Virus record (IMG/VR): IMGVR_UViG_3300046523_000170
From: an uncultured virus (IMG/VR IMGVR_UViG_3300046523_000170)
Taxonomy: Duplodnaviria; Heunggongvirae; Uroviricota; Caudoviricetes
DNA: 64,000 nucleotides
Reading direction: 5' to 3' (one strand)
In this document: in pieces, positions 17,494-26,976 of the stretch
Numbering within the stretch: position 1 is the stretch's first letter
How the letters are laid out: each line of letters starts with the position of its first letter
Notes under the pieces: model-generated
Databases searched by the model: none
Seen by the model: the letters and a program-made list of their open reading frames with translations, nothing else
What the model was told of the DNA's origin: nothing
Translations under genes and position numbers: made by a program

Positions 17494-18078
17494 ATGAATA
17501 TCAATCCTCACGCCCAAGGCATCGCGAGCATCCTCCGCACCGAGATCGAGGCTTGGCGCCGCGCGAACAGCATCTCATGTGTCAGCCGCGAGGCGTTTGC
17601 GGCAAGCGTGATGGACGAGCATGCGAAGCAGGGCGGTGAGGCAGCGACTGGCGTCGAGTTCAGCTTCGTCGGCGACACGTACACCCAGGCGAAGAAGGCC
17701 GCACAGAAGCTGTATCGCTGGCTTGACACCGACGGCACGCTGCCCGCCGGGATCGTGCCTAGCATCCTTGGGGCGCTTCCGGTGGACGTGAAGCTCCACT
17801 GCCTGAACCAGTTCCTTCGCCCGATGGGCATCGAGGCCCGCAGTCTGGAAGCGGTCAAACCGGCGCCGTTCGATGGCCTGGCGCACGTGCAGGCAATGAT
17901 CAAAGAGAACGCCGAGGCGCAGTCGGCGGTCGTGATGGCGGCAAGTGCGCAAACGCCTGAGGCGATCAAGGCGGCCATCAAGGAAGTCTCCGAATCCATC
18001 CAGGTCGACGTCGACGCAAAGCGCTCGCTCGAGGCGGCGCTCTTGCAGGTCGGTGGCATCGAGGCGGTTTCGAAGTAA
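17494..18078 (+). CDS. CII/YdaT-like regulatory protein
   Basis: Position after cro; AQKLYRWLD..LPAGIVPSILGALP. Confidence 0.6.
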   Translation: MNINPHAQGIASILRTEIEAWRRANSISCVSREAFAASVMDEHAKQGGEAATGVEFSFVGDTYTQAKKAAQKLYRWLDTDGTLPAGIVPSILGALPVDVKLHCLNQFLRPMGIEARSLEAVKPAPFDGLAHVQAMIKENAEAQSAVVMAASAQTPEAIKAAIKEVSESIQVDVDAKRSLEAALLQVGGIEAVSK

Positions 18079-18134
18079 GCAGCGCCCAGGCGGCGGGGGA
18101 TGCCGTCACCAATAACCAAAACCACGGAGTCACG

Positions 18135-18428
18135 ATGAGCGAAGCAACCCAAGAACTGGACGCCACTGATGCGCTGAACCCCGGTGCGCTGCTCGACGAG
18201 CTGATCAGGCGCCTGAACCTGAAGAACGACGCGGCTTTGGCGAAGGCGCTTGAAGTAGCGCCGCCGGTGATCAGCAAGCTGCGCAACGGCCGTCTGCCGG
18301 TCGGGGCAACGATCCTGATCACGATGCACGAGGTGACCGGCATGACGGTCGCGAAGCTGCGTTCCTTGATGGGCGATCGCCGCGCGAAGTTTCGCGGGTC
18401 GTTCGGCGCCGAAGTGACGGGCGAGTAA
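18135..18428 (+). CDS. Small HTH protein
   Basis: LKNDAALAKALEVAPPVISKLRNGRLPVG. Confidence 0.85.
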   Translation: MSEATQELDATDALNPGALLDELIRRLNLKNDAALAKALEVAPPVISKLRNGRLPVGATILITMHEVTGMTVAKLRSLMGDRRAKFRGSFGAEVTGE

Positions 18429-18434
18429 CGAGCC

Positions 18435-18701
18435 ATGAGCGCATCGACCCTGTTCGACCAGCTGCGTCAGGAGTACCAGATCAAGAGCGATTCGGCTCTA
18501 GCGCGAGAGCTTGACGTCACTTCGTCGGATATCAGTAAGGCGCGCAAGAAGGGCGAGATCAGCGATCGAATGATCTTGCGCGTGCACGAGTACCTGGGCC
18601 TGCCGGTCTGGGAAATTCGCCAGCTGCTCGGCGAGCAATCAACTTCCCAGCAATACCACGATAACCCGGCCCAGGTCAGCGCGACTGAGGCCACTCAATA
18701 A
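18435..18701 (+). CDS. Small HTH protein, paralog of the previous gene
   Basis: IKSDSALARELDVTSSDISKARK..ILRVHE. Confidence 0.8.
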   Translation: MSASTLFDQLRQEYQIKSDSALARELDVTSSDISKARKKGEISDRMILRVHEYLGLPVWEIRQLLGEQSTSQQYHDNPAQVSATEATQ

Positions 18702-18711
18702 AGGAGGGCAG

Positions 18712-18915
18712 ATGGATCAAGAGACGGAAGCGGCGCCTGGCTACGAGATTGGGTCGATGCCAGACGTCGACGCCGGCCTACTGGAGTCGCTGCGCGAAAA
18801 GCAGGTAAGGCAGGTATGTGATGCGTTTGGCGTGCCGCGTCTTTTCTTAACCGAGCCAGGACACGTAATGAGTCGCGAAAAGTACCGAAAGCTGGTGGAA
18901 GAGTTGGAGAAATGA
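18712..18915 (+). CDS. Hypothetical protein
   Basis: AAGGAGG RBS. Confidence 0.6.
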   Translation: MDQETEAAPGYEIGSMPDVDAGLLESLREKQVRQVCDAFGVPRLFLTEPGHVMSREKYRKLVEELEK

Positions 18916-18970
18916 AAAAGCCCGACTGCAATCGGGCTTAGTGAAGCAAGTACAACTAAATGGAGAACGC

Positions 18971-19426
18971 ATGTTAGCAGAAAAACTCATGCCGGCGGCG
19001 CACGCCGGTGAAGACCAAGCTTCACGCTCGCCGGAGGTGTCGGCTGCGATCCAGCTTTGGTCGACCACGAACGAGGATTTCGACGCCGAAACCCTTTCTA
19101 ATCTCGTGATCGCAAATGACTGGCTCCGTGCCGGTGACATCGTCTACGTCGGCGAGAAGAAAACGATCTCGCTCAGCGATCTGATCGACGCAGATGATGT
19201 GATTTTGCTTATGGGCCAGCGCTCTACCGCGCTTGCCGGTGACGCAGCGGATGGCTACCCAGGTGTGTCCGACATGCACAAGCGGATCCTCAATGGCGCG
19301 CTTCGCGGCTGGATGGCCCTGTGCTGCCCGCCGGAGTTCTTCGGCATCGAAAACGTTCGTAAGCACACCCTGACCGATAACGATCTGGATGCAGCTGCGC
19401 GCGCGGTGATCGGAGGCGCCCAATGA
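18971..19426 (+). CDS. Hypothetical protein
   Basis: GGAGA RBS, ATGA overlap with the next gene. Confidence 0.7.
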   Translation: MLAEKLMPAAHAGEDQASRSPEVSAAIQLWSTTNEDFDAETLSNLVIANDWLRAGDIVYVGEKKTISLSDLIDADDVILLMGQRSTALAGDAADGYPGVSDMHKRILNGALRGWMALCCPPEFFGIENVRKHTLTDNDLDAAARAVIGGAQ

Positions 19427-20139
19427 GCGACTGCACTCAAGAGCGATTCCTGCGCGACGTCGCGGGCCATGTGATGACCATCCTGCGCGATGACGGCGTG
19501 CACCGCCATGTCCGTTTCAAGCAGCCCGGCACGAGCTGCTACTACTTCGACCTGATTACCTGGCCCGGCCACCTGTGCTACACGGGCGACATGGGGACTT
19601 TCGTCTTCCGCCGGATCGAAGACATGTTCGAGTTCTTCGGCCGCGATCGCGAGTACCACGCCAGCCTCGGCCGCGCGCTGGCCATCAACCTCGGCTACTG
19701 GGGCGAAAAGCTGGTGGCAGTCGACGCGAACGGCGCGAGCAGCGGCGGAAAGGCGAAGGAATTCGACCTCGAGAAGTTCACGCGCGTGATCAACGAATAC
19801 CGGGTCGGGTGGATGCGCTGCGGTAAGGAGGATGGCACCCTCGACAAAGAGCAGCGCCGCGAGCTGTGGGAACAGGTCCAGGAAGAGGTGTTGGACCGTG
19901 CCGAAGACGGCGAGCACTACGCGCAGGCGGCAGCTTACGAATTCAGCTTCCGCAGAAACCCCTGCGGTCGTTGGGACGATCAGCCGGTCTGGCAGTTTGA
20001 TGACCTGTTCGAACACGACTTCACCGAATACACCCACGGGTTCGTCTGGTGCTGCTACGCGCTCGCTTGGGGCATCCAGAAGTATGACGAAGCTAAGTCC
20101 GCTATTGCGACAGAAGAGGGCGCCGAGGTGCTTTCATAA
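19423..20139 (+). CDS. Conserved-type phage hypothetical protein
   Basis: FDLITWPGHLCYTGDMGTFVFRR..INLGYWGEKL. Confidence 0.8.
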   Translation: MSDCTQERFLRDVAGHVMTILRDDGVHRHVRFKQPGTSCYYFDLITWPGHLCYTGDMGTFVFRRIEDMFEFFGRDREYHASLGRALAINLGYWGEKLVAVDANGASSGGKAKEFDLEKFTRVINEYRVGWMRCGKEDGTLDKEQRRELWEQVQEEVLDRAEDGEHYAQAAAYEFSFRRNPCGRWDDQPVWQFDDLFEHDFTEYTHGFVWCCYALAWGIQKYDEAKSAIATEEGAEVLS

Positions 20140-20180
20140 CCCGCGCCCACCACGTAACCAACAGCCGCACCGCGGCGCGG

Positions 20181-20585
20181 ATGGAGCGCTTACGCGTTCT
20201 GGTCATGGCCTTGCAGATCAAACCGCTCACCCGCGACGAGATGGCCGGCGTGCTGCAGATGGGTCCCTCGGGAGTCCGCAAGTACCTGGTCGACCTCGCA
20301 GGCAAATACGAATGGGTGGCCGGCGAAGAGCAGGACGTTTGCCGCCTGACGATCGGCGAGGATGAAACGGCTGCGCTACTCGCCAACCTGGCGGCAGCCG
20401 CCCCGTCGAAGTCCGCAAGGCGTACGAAGACCGCTCTGAGCATCGCCGCCCAAGATCCGGCGCGCCACTTCCACATCCTGCAAGACGACGAACACTACTC
20501 GATCCGACCGGTGCGCGGCATCCCGGCACCGGCTCCTGAGATGGCCTATTTCTACGGCATGCTGCGTTCGGAGGTGCGGGTATGA
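20181..20585 (+). CDS. Putative winged-HTH protein
   Basis: PLTRDEMAGVLQMGPSGVRKYLVDL; true start may be slightly upstream. Confidence 0.65.
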   Translation: MERLRVLVMALQIKPLTRDEMAGVLQMGPSGVRKYLVDLAGKYEWVAGEEQDVCRLTIGEDETAALLANLAAAAPSKSARRTKTALSIAAQDPARHFHILQDDEHYSIRPVRGIPAPAPEMAYFYGMLRSEVRV

Positions 20586-20836
20586 GCGATCAGAAGCCAG
20601 GCCAGCCGAAGCTGGTGAACATGGTTGATTCCAAGGGCGCTGCGGCAGATGCCGCTCGAGCAAAGCTCGCTCGCGATGTCGCTGAAGCTCTACGCATAAA
20701 GGCCGAAAACAGGCCAATGCATTTAGAACTGATGGCGTCGACTGCTAGGGACTGGTTCGACAAGTTCCAGGCGCTGCAACGGGTCGGCTTTACTGCGGCT
20801 CTGGCTCTGGAACTTTGCTGGAGGCCACTCTCATGA
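20582..20836 (+). CDS. Hypothetical protein
   Basis: ATGA overlap. Confidence 0.65.
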   Translation: MSDQKPGQPKLVNMVDSKGAAADAARAKLARDVAEALRIKAENRPMHLELMASTARDWFDKFQALQRVGFTAALALELCWRPLS

Positions 20837-20936
20837 CCTACGTGCGCCAATCACCCCATGAATGCATCGCTTGCAAGCAGGTAGCCGGCCATGCGCCCGA
20901 CTGCTGGGTAGCCAAAGTCACTATTCGGAGGGGCGC

Positions 20937-21191
20937 ATGACCAGCGATTCGAACATCCATATCCCGGCGTTGGGCGAGGAAATCGCGCAAGTTGAAGAGC
21001 GCGTCGAGCCGATCGGCAAGATCACGCCTACGCTTCCGCAGTACCGTCCGAGCGTGTTCGCCAGCCAGGGCATTAGCAAGAAGAACATCCCGAACCGCCA
21101 CGGCTTACGCCCGGCGTCGGATTCGGCGCCGGCATGGTCGCGCCGCGAGAGCCTGTCGATCAGGACCATCAGCGGGGTGGGGCATGAATAA
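20937..21191 (+). CDS. Hypothetical protein
   Basis: GGAGG RBS, operon packing. Confidence 0.5.
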   Translation: MTSDSNIHIPALGEEIAQVEERVEPIGKITPTLPQYRPSVFASQGISKKNIPNRHGLRPASDSAPAWSRRESLSIRTISGVGHE

Positions 21192-21402
21192 GCCGCAACC
21201 AATGCCGATCGTGGCTCGCGCTCTGCTTCCAATGAAAGACGCCGGCGCAGCGGTCGCCCGCGGACTAGAGGCGTGGAACGTTACGCAACTGGAGGATGCA
21301 ATCCGCTCGGCAGAGTTTTTCATTGGCAAGGCTAAAGGGATCATGGATCAGAGTGGCGATCCTGTGCAGAAGTTCAGTGCGCGGGAAGGCGGTGTTTCAT
21401 GA
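21184..21402 (+). CDS. Hypothetical protein
   Basis: Overlaps both neighbours. Confidence 0.55.
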   Translation: MNKPQPMPIVARALLPMKDAGAAVARGLEAWNVTQLEDAIRSAEFFIGKAKGIMDQSGDPVQKFSAREGGVS

Positions 21403-22124
21403 AAGAGCGCCCAATCCTGTTCAGCGGCCCGATGGTGCGCGCCATCCTGGGCGGCAGCAAGACGCAGACGCGCCGGGTCATGAAGCCGCAACCTGAGCCT
21501 ACGCCATCCGACTACCCCGGCCCGGCCGGGCATTGGTGGCCATGCGACAGCGTCCAGTCGATGGTGCATGTAGAGCAGGAACTGCAGAACAAGCATGGTG
21601 GCTGGGGTGGATTCTGCGCCGACTGCTGTCCGCATGGCCGTATCGGCGACCGCCTGTGGGTGCGCGAGACCTGGGGCGTCGTTAGCAACGACTGGGACGA
21701 CGACGGCAACCTAGTCGACTGGATACCCGACCGGCCAGCGACGGCGATCAACGAGATGCGCTTCGGCCAAGGCTATTACTCGGGCCATGCGATCTACGCG
21801 GCCGACGGTTCGTACGAGTGGGCTGGTGACGACGATGGTGGAGGGGAGCCGCGTTCTGCCTGGCATCCATCCATCCACATGCCGCGTGCGGCCAGCCGCA
21901 TCCTGCTGGAGATCACTGGCGTGCGCGTCGAGCGACTGCAGGACATCGGCGCCGAGGAGATTGAGGCTGAGGGCGTAGTGACGTCAGACGCAGCAATCAT
22001 GGAACACGGCTGTCGCGCCCGGGTGTTGGACTACCAGCGACTGTGGGAGAGCATCAACGGCGCCGGCAGCTGGGATTGCAACCCTTGGGTGTGGGTGGTC
22101 GAGTTCAAGCGGGTGGCGCCATGA
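21399..22124 (+). CDS. ASCH/PUA-like phage protein
   Basis: MKERPILFSGPMVRAIL..KTQTRR..GDRLWVRET..PSIHMPRAASRI..NPWVWVVEF. Confidence 0.85.
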   Translation: MKERPILFSGPMVRAILGGSKTQTRRVMKPQPEPTPSDYPGPAGHWWPCDSVQSMVHVEQELQNKHGGWGGFCADCCPHGRIGDRLWVRETWGVVSNDWDDDGNLVDWIPDRPATAINEMRFGQGYYSGHAIYAADGSYEWAGDDDGGGEPRSAWHPSIHMPRAASRILLEITGVRVERLQDIGAEEIEAEGVVTSDAAIMEHGCRARVLDYQRLWESINGAGSWDCNPWVWVVEFKRVAP

Positions 22125-22543
22125 GGCTGACGAAAGCACAGCGCGCGGAGTTGCGCGAGAAGTTCGGTGGACTGTGCGCATACTGCGGCGAGCAGCTGGG
22201 CGATCGGTGGCACGCGGACCACTTCGAGCCTGTTGAGCGAAAGCTGCAGCATGTACGCGGAAAAGGCTTCGTGGCGACTGGTGAGTTGTACCGTCCAGAA
22301 AACGACTGCATCGAGAACATGATGCCCTCATGCGCTCCATGCAACATCGACAAGCATGCGATGTCGCTCGAAGGGTGGCGCGCCAAGCTATCGCGCTCCC
22401 TTGATGTGCTGAGTAACAACCAGCCGACCTATAGGCATGCGCGGCGCTTTGGGCTGCTGCTCGAAACGCCGAAGCCGATCGTGTTCTATTTCGAACGCCT
22501 CGCGATAGCGAAAGCGCGAGAAGGGCTCGACCATGCTGCGTAA
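22121..22543 (+). CDS. HNH endonuclease (copy 2)
   Basis: Near-identical protein to 2471..2878. Confidence 0.88.
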   Translation: MRLTKAQRAELREKFGGLCAYCGEQLGDRWHADHFEPVERKLQHVRGKGFVATGELYRPENDCIENMMPSCAPCNIDKHAMSLEGWRAKLSRSLDVLSNNQPTYRHARRFGLLLETPKPIVFYFERLAIAKAREGLDHAA

Positions 22544-23069
22544 TTCGACCCTCAAGCCGAGCAAGCCTCTCCAGCGCAAGACGCCCATGTCTCGCGGCAG
22601 CGGGGTCAAGAACCCCGCTGCCGGCGCCGGCCTGCTTCGCGTAGCTGCAGTTCAGGCGAAAGCGGCGTTCCCGCGAAACCGGGAACCAAGACCAGCGAAG
22701 CTGCCGAAGCCGATGAGGTCGCGAGGGATGAAAGGCCGCCCGCCGACCGCGGAGGAGGCGCGCTTCATGGACCATATGGGGAAGCTGCCGTGCGTCGCCT
22801 GCTTGAAAGACGGCTGGACGAACCACGAGATCAGCCTTCACCACATCGACGGACGGACGAAGCCGGGCGCGCACTTCCTGGTGCTTCCGCTTTGCGCGGC
22901 GCACCACCAGCAGGACGACAGCGACCTACGCCAGCGTATCAGTGTGCACGGCCGCAAGGCGACGTTCCAAGCACGGTACGGCACGGAGCTTGAACTGCTG
23001 GTCGAGTGCGTGGCGACGCTCGAAATTGAAATCCGTGATTGTCACGAAAAAGAAATGGAGGCGGCATGA
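22533..23069 (+). CDS. Ref-like / HNH-type nuclease
   Basis: LPCVAC..LHHIDGRTKPGAHFLVLPLCAAHH. Confidence 0.8.
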   Translation: MLRNSTLKPSKPLQRKTPMSRGSGVKNPAAGAGLLRVAAVQAKAAFPRNREPRPAKLPKPMRSRGMKGRPPTAEEARFMDHMGKLPCVACLKDGWTNHEISLHHIDGRTKPGAHFLVLPLCAAHHQQDDSDLRQRISVHGRKATFQARYGTELELLVECVATLEIEIRDCHEKEMEAA

Positions 23070-23845
23070 GCGTGGAAATTTCCCTCACTCTCGGAGATTG
23101 CAGAGCGACGCTCCGGAAGCAGCCATCAGCAAGCATCGACGTTTGCATAACCGATCCGCCGTACGGCGACACTAGCCTAGCGTGGGATAGCCAGGTGGAA
23201 GGCTGGCTGAGGGAGGTCGCACGCGTACTGAAACCAGCGGCATCAATCTGGGTCTTCGGTAGTTTTCGCTTCCTTGTGCCGCTGTTCGAGCAGATGGAAG
23301 AACTCGGCTTCAAGTACAGCCAGGACATCGTATGGGAAAAGCAGAACGGTACGGGCTTCCATAACGATCGCTTCCGCCGCGTGCATGAGCATGCTGTGAT
23401 GTTTTACCGCGGCGCCTGGGCTGACGTCTACCACGACACGCAATACACCAACGACGCCACCGCTAAGACCGTACGCAGGAAGACACGGGCGGCTCACTGG
23501 GGCGACATCGATGTCGGCCACTACGTCAGCGAAGATGGCGGCCCGCGGATGATGCGCAGCGTGATCTACCAGCCAAATGAGCATGGTCAAGCGCTGCATC
23601 CGACTCAGAAGCCGGTCGACCTGTGCCTGCCCCTTGTGCGCTACTCCTGCCCGCCGGGTGGCGTGGTGCTCGATCCGTTCATGGGTTCGGCTAGCATCGG
23701 CATGGCGGCGCGCATCGCCGGATGTGGCTACATCGGTATGGATGACGACGCCATTCACTTCGAGACCGCGAGGCGGCGCATGGCGGGGCCGCTCGAAACG
23801 GTTGCGGATTCGCAGAATCAGCTGTTCATCGGGGAGGCGGCATGA
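23066..23845 (+). CDS. Orphan N4/N6 DNA methyltransferase (beta class)
   Basis: TDPPY, HPTQKP, VLDPFMGS in beta order. Confidence 0.92.
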   Translation: MSVEISLTLGDCRATLRKQPSASIDVCITDPPYGDTSLAWDSQVEGWLREVARVLKPAASIWVFGSFRFLVPLFEQMEELGFKYSQDIVWEKQNGTGFHNDRFRRVHEHAVMFYRGAWADVYHDTQYTNDATAKTVRRKTRAAHWGDIDVGHYVSEDGGPRMMRSVIYQPNEHGQALHPTQKPVDLCLPLVRYSCPPGGVVLDPFMGSASIGMAARIAGCGYIGMDDDAIHFETARRRMAGPLETVADSQNQLFIGEAA

Positions 23846-24396
23846 AGGCCCGCAAACCCGGTTATCAGCGTAACCGCGGCGAGCGCCAGGAGAACCGAAT
23901 CGTCGAGATCCTGGCCGGCGGCGGGCTTACAAGTCGCGAGCTGGCTGATCGCCTACACCTTTCGCACCAGCGCACGCATATCCATCTGAAGCGGATGAGG
24001 AAGCGCCCAAACCGTCGGGTACGCGTCATGGCGTACGAGCTTACCGGCGGCCGGCCCCAGTGTGTCTACGAGCTGGGATCGGGACAGGACGTGAGTATCG
24101 GCGCCTACCAACAACGCCGCATCGTCGACATGCTGATCGAGATTCCGGCGCCCTGGAGCGCTTACCAGATCGCCGAGCGCCTGAGCATGGGATACGGGAG
24201 TGTCAAGGTCTACATGCGCGCGCTGAAGAAGGCCAGGAAGATCTACGTCGCCCGCTGGATCTGGTCGAACAAGACGCCAATGCCGCTGTATGCGGCCGGC
24301 AAAGGCGAAAACGTTCCGAAGCCGACAAAGCGGCCACTTCCGCCCGCGCAAGTAGTGGTCGCGTCACAGGGCATCTTCGCTGCACTTGGAATATAG
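23842..24396 (+). CDS. Tandem winged-HTH protein
   Basis: Two HTH-like segments (TSRELADRL.. and SAYQIAERL..). Confidence 0.7.
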   Translation: MKARKPGYQRNRGERQENRIVEILAGGGLTSRELADRLHLSHQRTHIHLKRMRKRPNRRVRVMAYELTGGRPQCVYELGSGQDVSIGAYQQRRIVDMLIEIPAPWSAYQIAERLSMGYGSVKVYMRALKKARKIYVARWIWSNKTPMPLYAAGKGENVPKPTKRPLPPAQVVVASQGIFAALGI

Positions 24397-24437
24397 GAAA
24401 AGGATGCCGCTTGAAGCGGCGCTTTTAGGAGATTGAT

Positions 24438-25151
24438 ATGGGAAGCATGCTGACACTGCAAACCATCGGCACCGCCGGTGCCACGATGTCCAGCCGCGAG
24501 ATTGCTGATTTGACCGGCAGCTCGCACGACAACGTTATGAAAACGGTACGTCGCCTTATAGCCGAGGGGGTCGTTTCTGGGAACGAGACCCCGTATCAGC
24601 ATCCGCAGAATGGGCAGGCCTATAACGAGTTCCTGCTGACGTTCCGCGACACGATGGTGGTCGTCTCCGGCTACAACGCCGAGCTGCGCGCGCGAATTAT
24701 CGACCGTTGGCAGGAGCTGGAGGGACGCACTCCGGCGCCGGCCGTGTTGTCCCGAATGCAGATACTCGAGATGGCGATGCAATCCGAGCGTGAGCGTGTT
24801 GCGCTTGCCGAGCAGGTAGAAGCGGCAAAGCCGGCGGTGGAGTTCGTCGGCCGCTACGTCGAGTCTACCGGCCTCATGACGTTCCGCCAGGTTGCGAAGC
24901 TCCTGAAGGTCAAAGAGCCGGAGTTTCGCCAGTTCCTGCACTCGCAGAAGATCATGTACCCGCTGAACGGCGAGTGGACGGCGCACGCCAGCCACATCGA
25001 GGCAGGCCGGTTTGAGATGCGAGCCGGCACCGCGCAGAGCAATGGCCATGCCTTCAATACAGCCAAGTTCACAGCCAAGGGCGTGGAGTGGGTCGCCGGC
25101 GAGCTGGCAAGGTGGCAGCTGAAGCAACGCGGGGAGGCCGGCCATGTGTGA
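24438..25151 (+). CDS. Rha-domain / KilAC antirepressor
   Basis: TMSSREIADLTG..HDNV..RARIIDRWQELE; AKPAVEFV..FRQVAKLL..KFTAKGVEW. Confidence 0.9.
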   Translation: MGSMLTLQTIGTAGATMSSREIADLTGSSHDNVMKTVRRLIAEGVVSGNETPYQHPQNGQAYNEFLLTFRDTMVVVSGYNAELRARIIDRWQELEGRTPAPAVLSRMQILEMAMQSERERVALAEQVEAAKPAVEFVGRYVESTGLMTFRQVAKLLKVKEPEFRQFLHSQKIMYPLNGEWTAHASHIEAGRFEMRAGTAQSNGHAFNTAKFTAKGVEWVAGELARWQLKQRGEAGHV

Positions 25152-25665
25152 CCTCTCGACACTCAATGCATTGCGCGAGCAAGCGCAGTCGGCGCCCGAA
25201 GTGACGGTCAAGTCCGAGATCCTGCTAAAACTGCTAGATCCTGTGATGGTCGTCACAATTGATGCGCCACAGAAGCGCGCTAAACGCCAGAAAGCGCCTG
25301 TCGATCCGGCTGACAAGATCTGCGCCGAATGGCTGCTTAAGGTTCGGGACCGCACGGCGCCGAAGATGAAGCGGCCAAACACCGACGCATGGTGCAACGA
25401 CATACGGATCATGCGGGAACAGGACGGGCGCGAGCGAAAGGAAATCTGCGAACTGTTCCTGTGGGCTCACAAGGATCCGTTCTGGTGCACCAACATCCTG
25501 TGCCCGAAAACCCTGCGTGAGCAATGGGACCGACTCACCTTGTTACGCGACCAAGCGCCCAAGGCCGCGAGGCGTGAGAGTGTCGAGGATCGGAATGCAC
25601 GGTTGCAGGCGGAGTTCTTGGGCGATCGGCCGGCTCAGGCATCGACCTACCTGCTGGAGGCATGA
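25144..25665 (+). CDS. Replication initiator-like protein (C-terminal domain only)
   Basis: WCNDIRIMREQDGR..FWCTNILCPKTLREQWDRL resembles the lambda O-type C-terminus. Confidence 0.75.
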   Translation: MCDLSTLNALREQAQSAPEVTVKSEILLKLLDPVMVVTIDAPQKRAKRQKAPVDPADKICAEWLLKVRDRTAPKMKRPNTDAWCNDIRIMREQDGRERKEICELFLWAHKDPFWCTNILCPKTLREQWDRLTLLRDQAPKAARRESVEDRNARLQAEFLGDRPAQASTYLLEA

Positions 25666-26396
25666 TGGAAGACAGTCAAAAGGCCGCTTTCCTAGAGCGC
25701 CTCACTGAAATCATGCTCGCCTACGGGAAGCCACTGCACGACAGGGCAGTGCTTGACGCCTGGTGGCGGCAGCTGCAGGAGTTCCCGCTCCGAATCGTCG
25801 CTTTGGCGTTTAGCACCTACCGAGAGGAAAACGACACCTTCGCCCCGGTCCCGAACAGCATCTACAAGCGCTGCCTACTGATGGACGGCCGGCCTGGCGC
25901 AGAAGAGGCTTGGGCCATCGCGCTGCGCAGCACTGACGAGGTAGATACGGTCGTGTGGACCCAGGAGATTGCCGCTGCCTTCTCGATCTGCAAGCCAGTA
26001 TTGGACTCAAGCGGGGCTATCAGCGCCCGCAAGCCGTTCCTTGAGGCCTATACGCGTCTCGTAACGGAGGCGCGAGCGATCCGACGCCCGGCAGAGTGGA
26101 TTGCTTCCCTCGGATGGGATCCGGCGCAGCAGGCTCGGGCGATTAAGGCGGCTGCCGCGGCCGGCCAACTAACGGGGTCTGCTGCAACAGTGCTTCTTGA
26201 AGGCCCTGCGGGCGACCCGACGCCCGACGACTCCGCGCAAGCCCAGCTCTCCAAAATCAAGCAAATGCTCAAGGCTATGGAAGGCGAGCGCGAACTGCGC
26301 GCCTTGGCGGACCTCGAGCGCCAGGACCAAGCCGATCGGCTCTACAGGATCCGGACTCAGCAGATGGTCAATCAATACCAGCCGAGGGCCGCATGA
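25662..26396 (+). CDS. Putative helicase loader/inhibitor (P-position gene)
   Basis: FAPVP..DGRPGAEEAWA..TVVWTQEIAAA; follows the O-like gene. Confidence 0.6.
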   Translation: MMEDSQKAAFLERLTEIMLAYGKPLHDRAVLDAWWRQLQEFPLRIVALAFSTYREENDTFAPVPNSIYKRCLLMDGRPGAEEAWAIALRSTDEVDTVVWTQEIAAAFSICKPVLDSSGAISARKPFLEAYTRLVTEARAIRRPAEWIASLGWDPAQQARAIKAAAAAGQLTGSAATVLLEGPAGDPTPDDSAQAQLSKIKQMLKAMEGERELRALADLERQDQADRLYRIRTQQMVNQYQPRAA

Positions 26397-26641
26397 CGAT
26401 GATCGGCAACGAGATATGCGCCCTATGCCGCCACTTCAAGATGAAGGAATACCCACAGCACGCGAAGGTAGGGCTCGGCCGGTGCATGGGTTACGACGGC
26501 ACGATGTCGCAGCTTAATCAGCCTTTTGTCCCTTGGATGACGCGGGCCTGTAAGCGATACGCGCGGCCGACGAACAAGGCGGAGCGTGAGGCGTGGGTTG
26601 AGAAACAGCAGGCGAAACAACCAAAGGAGCAAAAGGGATGA
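26393..26641 (+). CDS. Small Cys-rich protein
   Basis: CALCRHF..GRC..C. Confidence 0.65.
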   Translation: MTMIGNEICALCRHFKMKEYPQHAKVGLGRCMGYDGTMSQLNQPFVPWMTRACKRYARPTNKAEREAWVEKQQAKQPKEQKG

Positions 26642-26976
26642 CTGGAATGGATGCAAACCGCCGCCTGGCTGAGCTGCTGGGCTGGACGGAAATCTTCGAC
26701 GTCAGCGGCGCGCTGCTTGGCACGCCACCGGGAGGAAATCCAGCTTCGCGCGATCAGGCGAAGGTGCCGGACTGGGTCAACGACTGGAATGCCTGCGGGC
26801 CGCTGATGATCGAGTTCATCAGCCGCGCAAGGTTCTGGCGCCACCGTGCGGTGGTCGGAACGCCGAAGCTCGGTTGCGACCTCGCGCGCGACCCGCAGGC
26901 CGGCGAAAGTCCGGCCGCCAACGTCCGGCGCTTGATTGTCGATGCTGCGATTGCGGAGCTGGAGGCATGCCGATGA
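26638..26976 (+). CDS. NinX/DUF2591-like protein
   Basis: NRRLAELLGW..PDWVNDWNACGPLM. Confidence 0.65.
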   Translation: MTGMDANRRLAELLGWTEIFDVSGALLGTPPGGNPASRDQAKVPDWVNDWNACGPLMIEFISRARFWRHRAVVGTPKLGCDLARDPQAGESPAANVRRLIVDAAIAELEACR

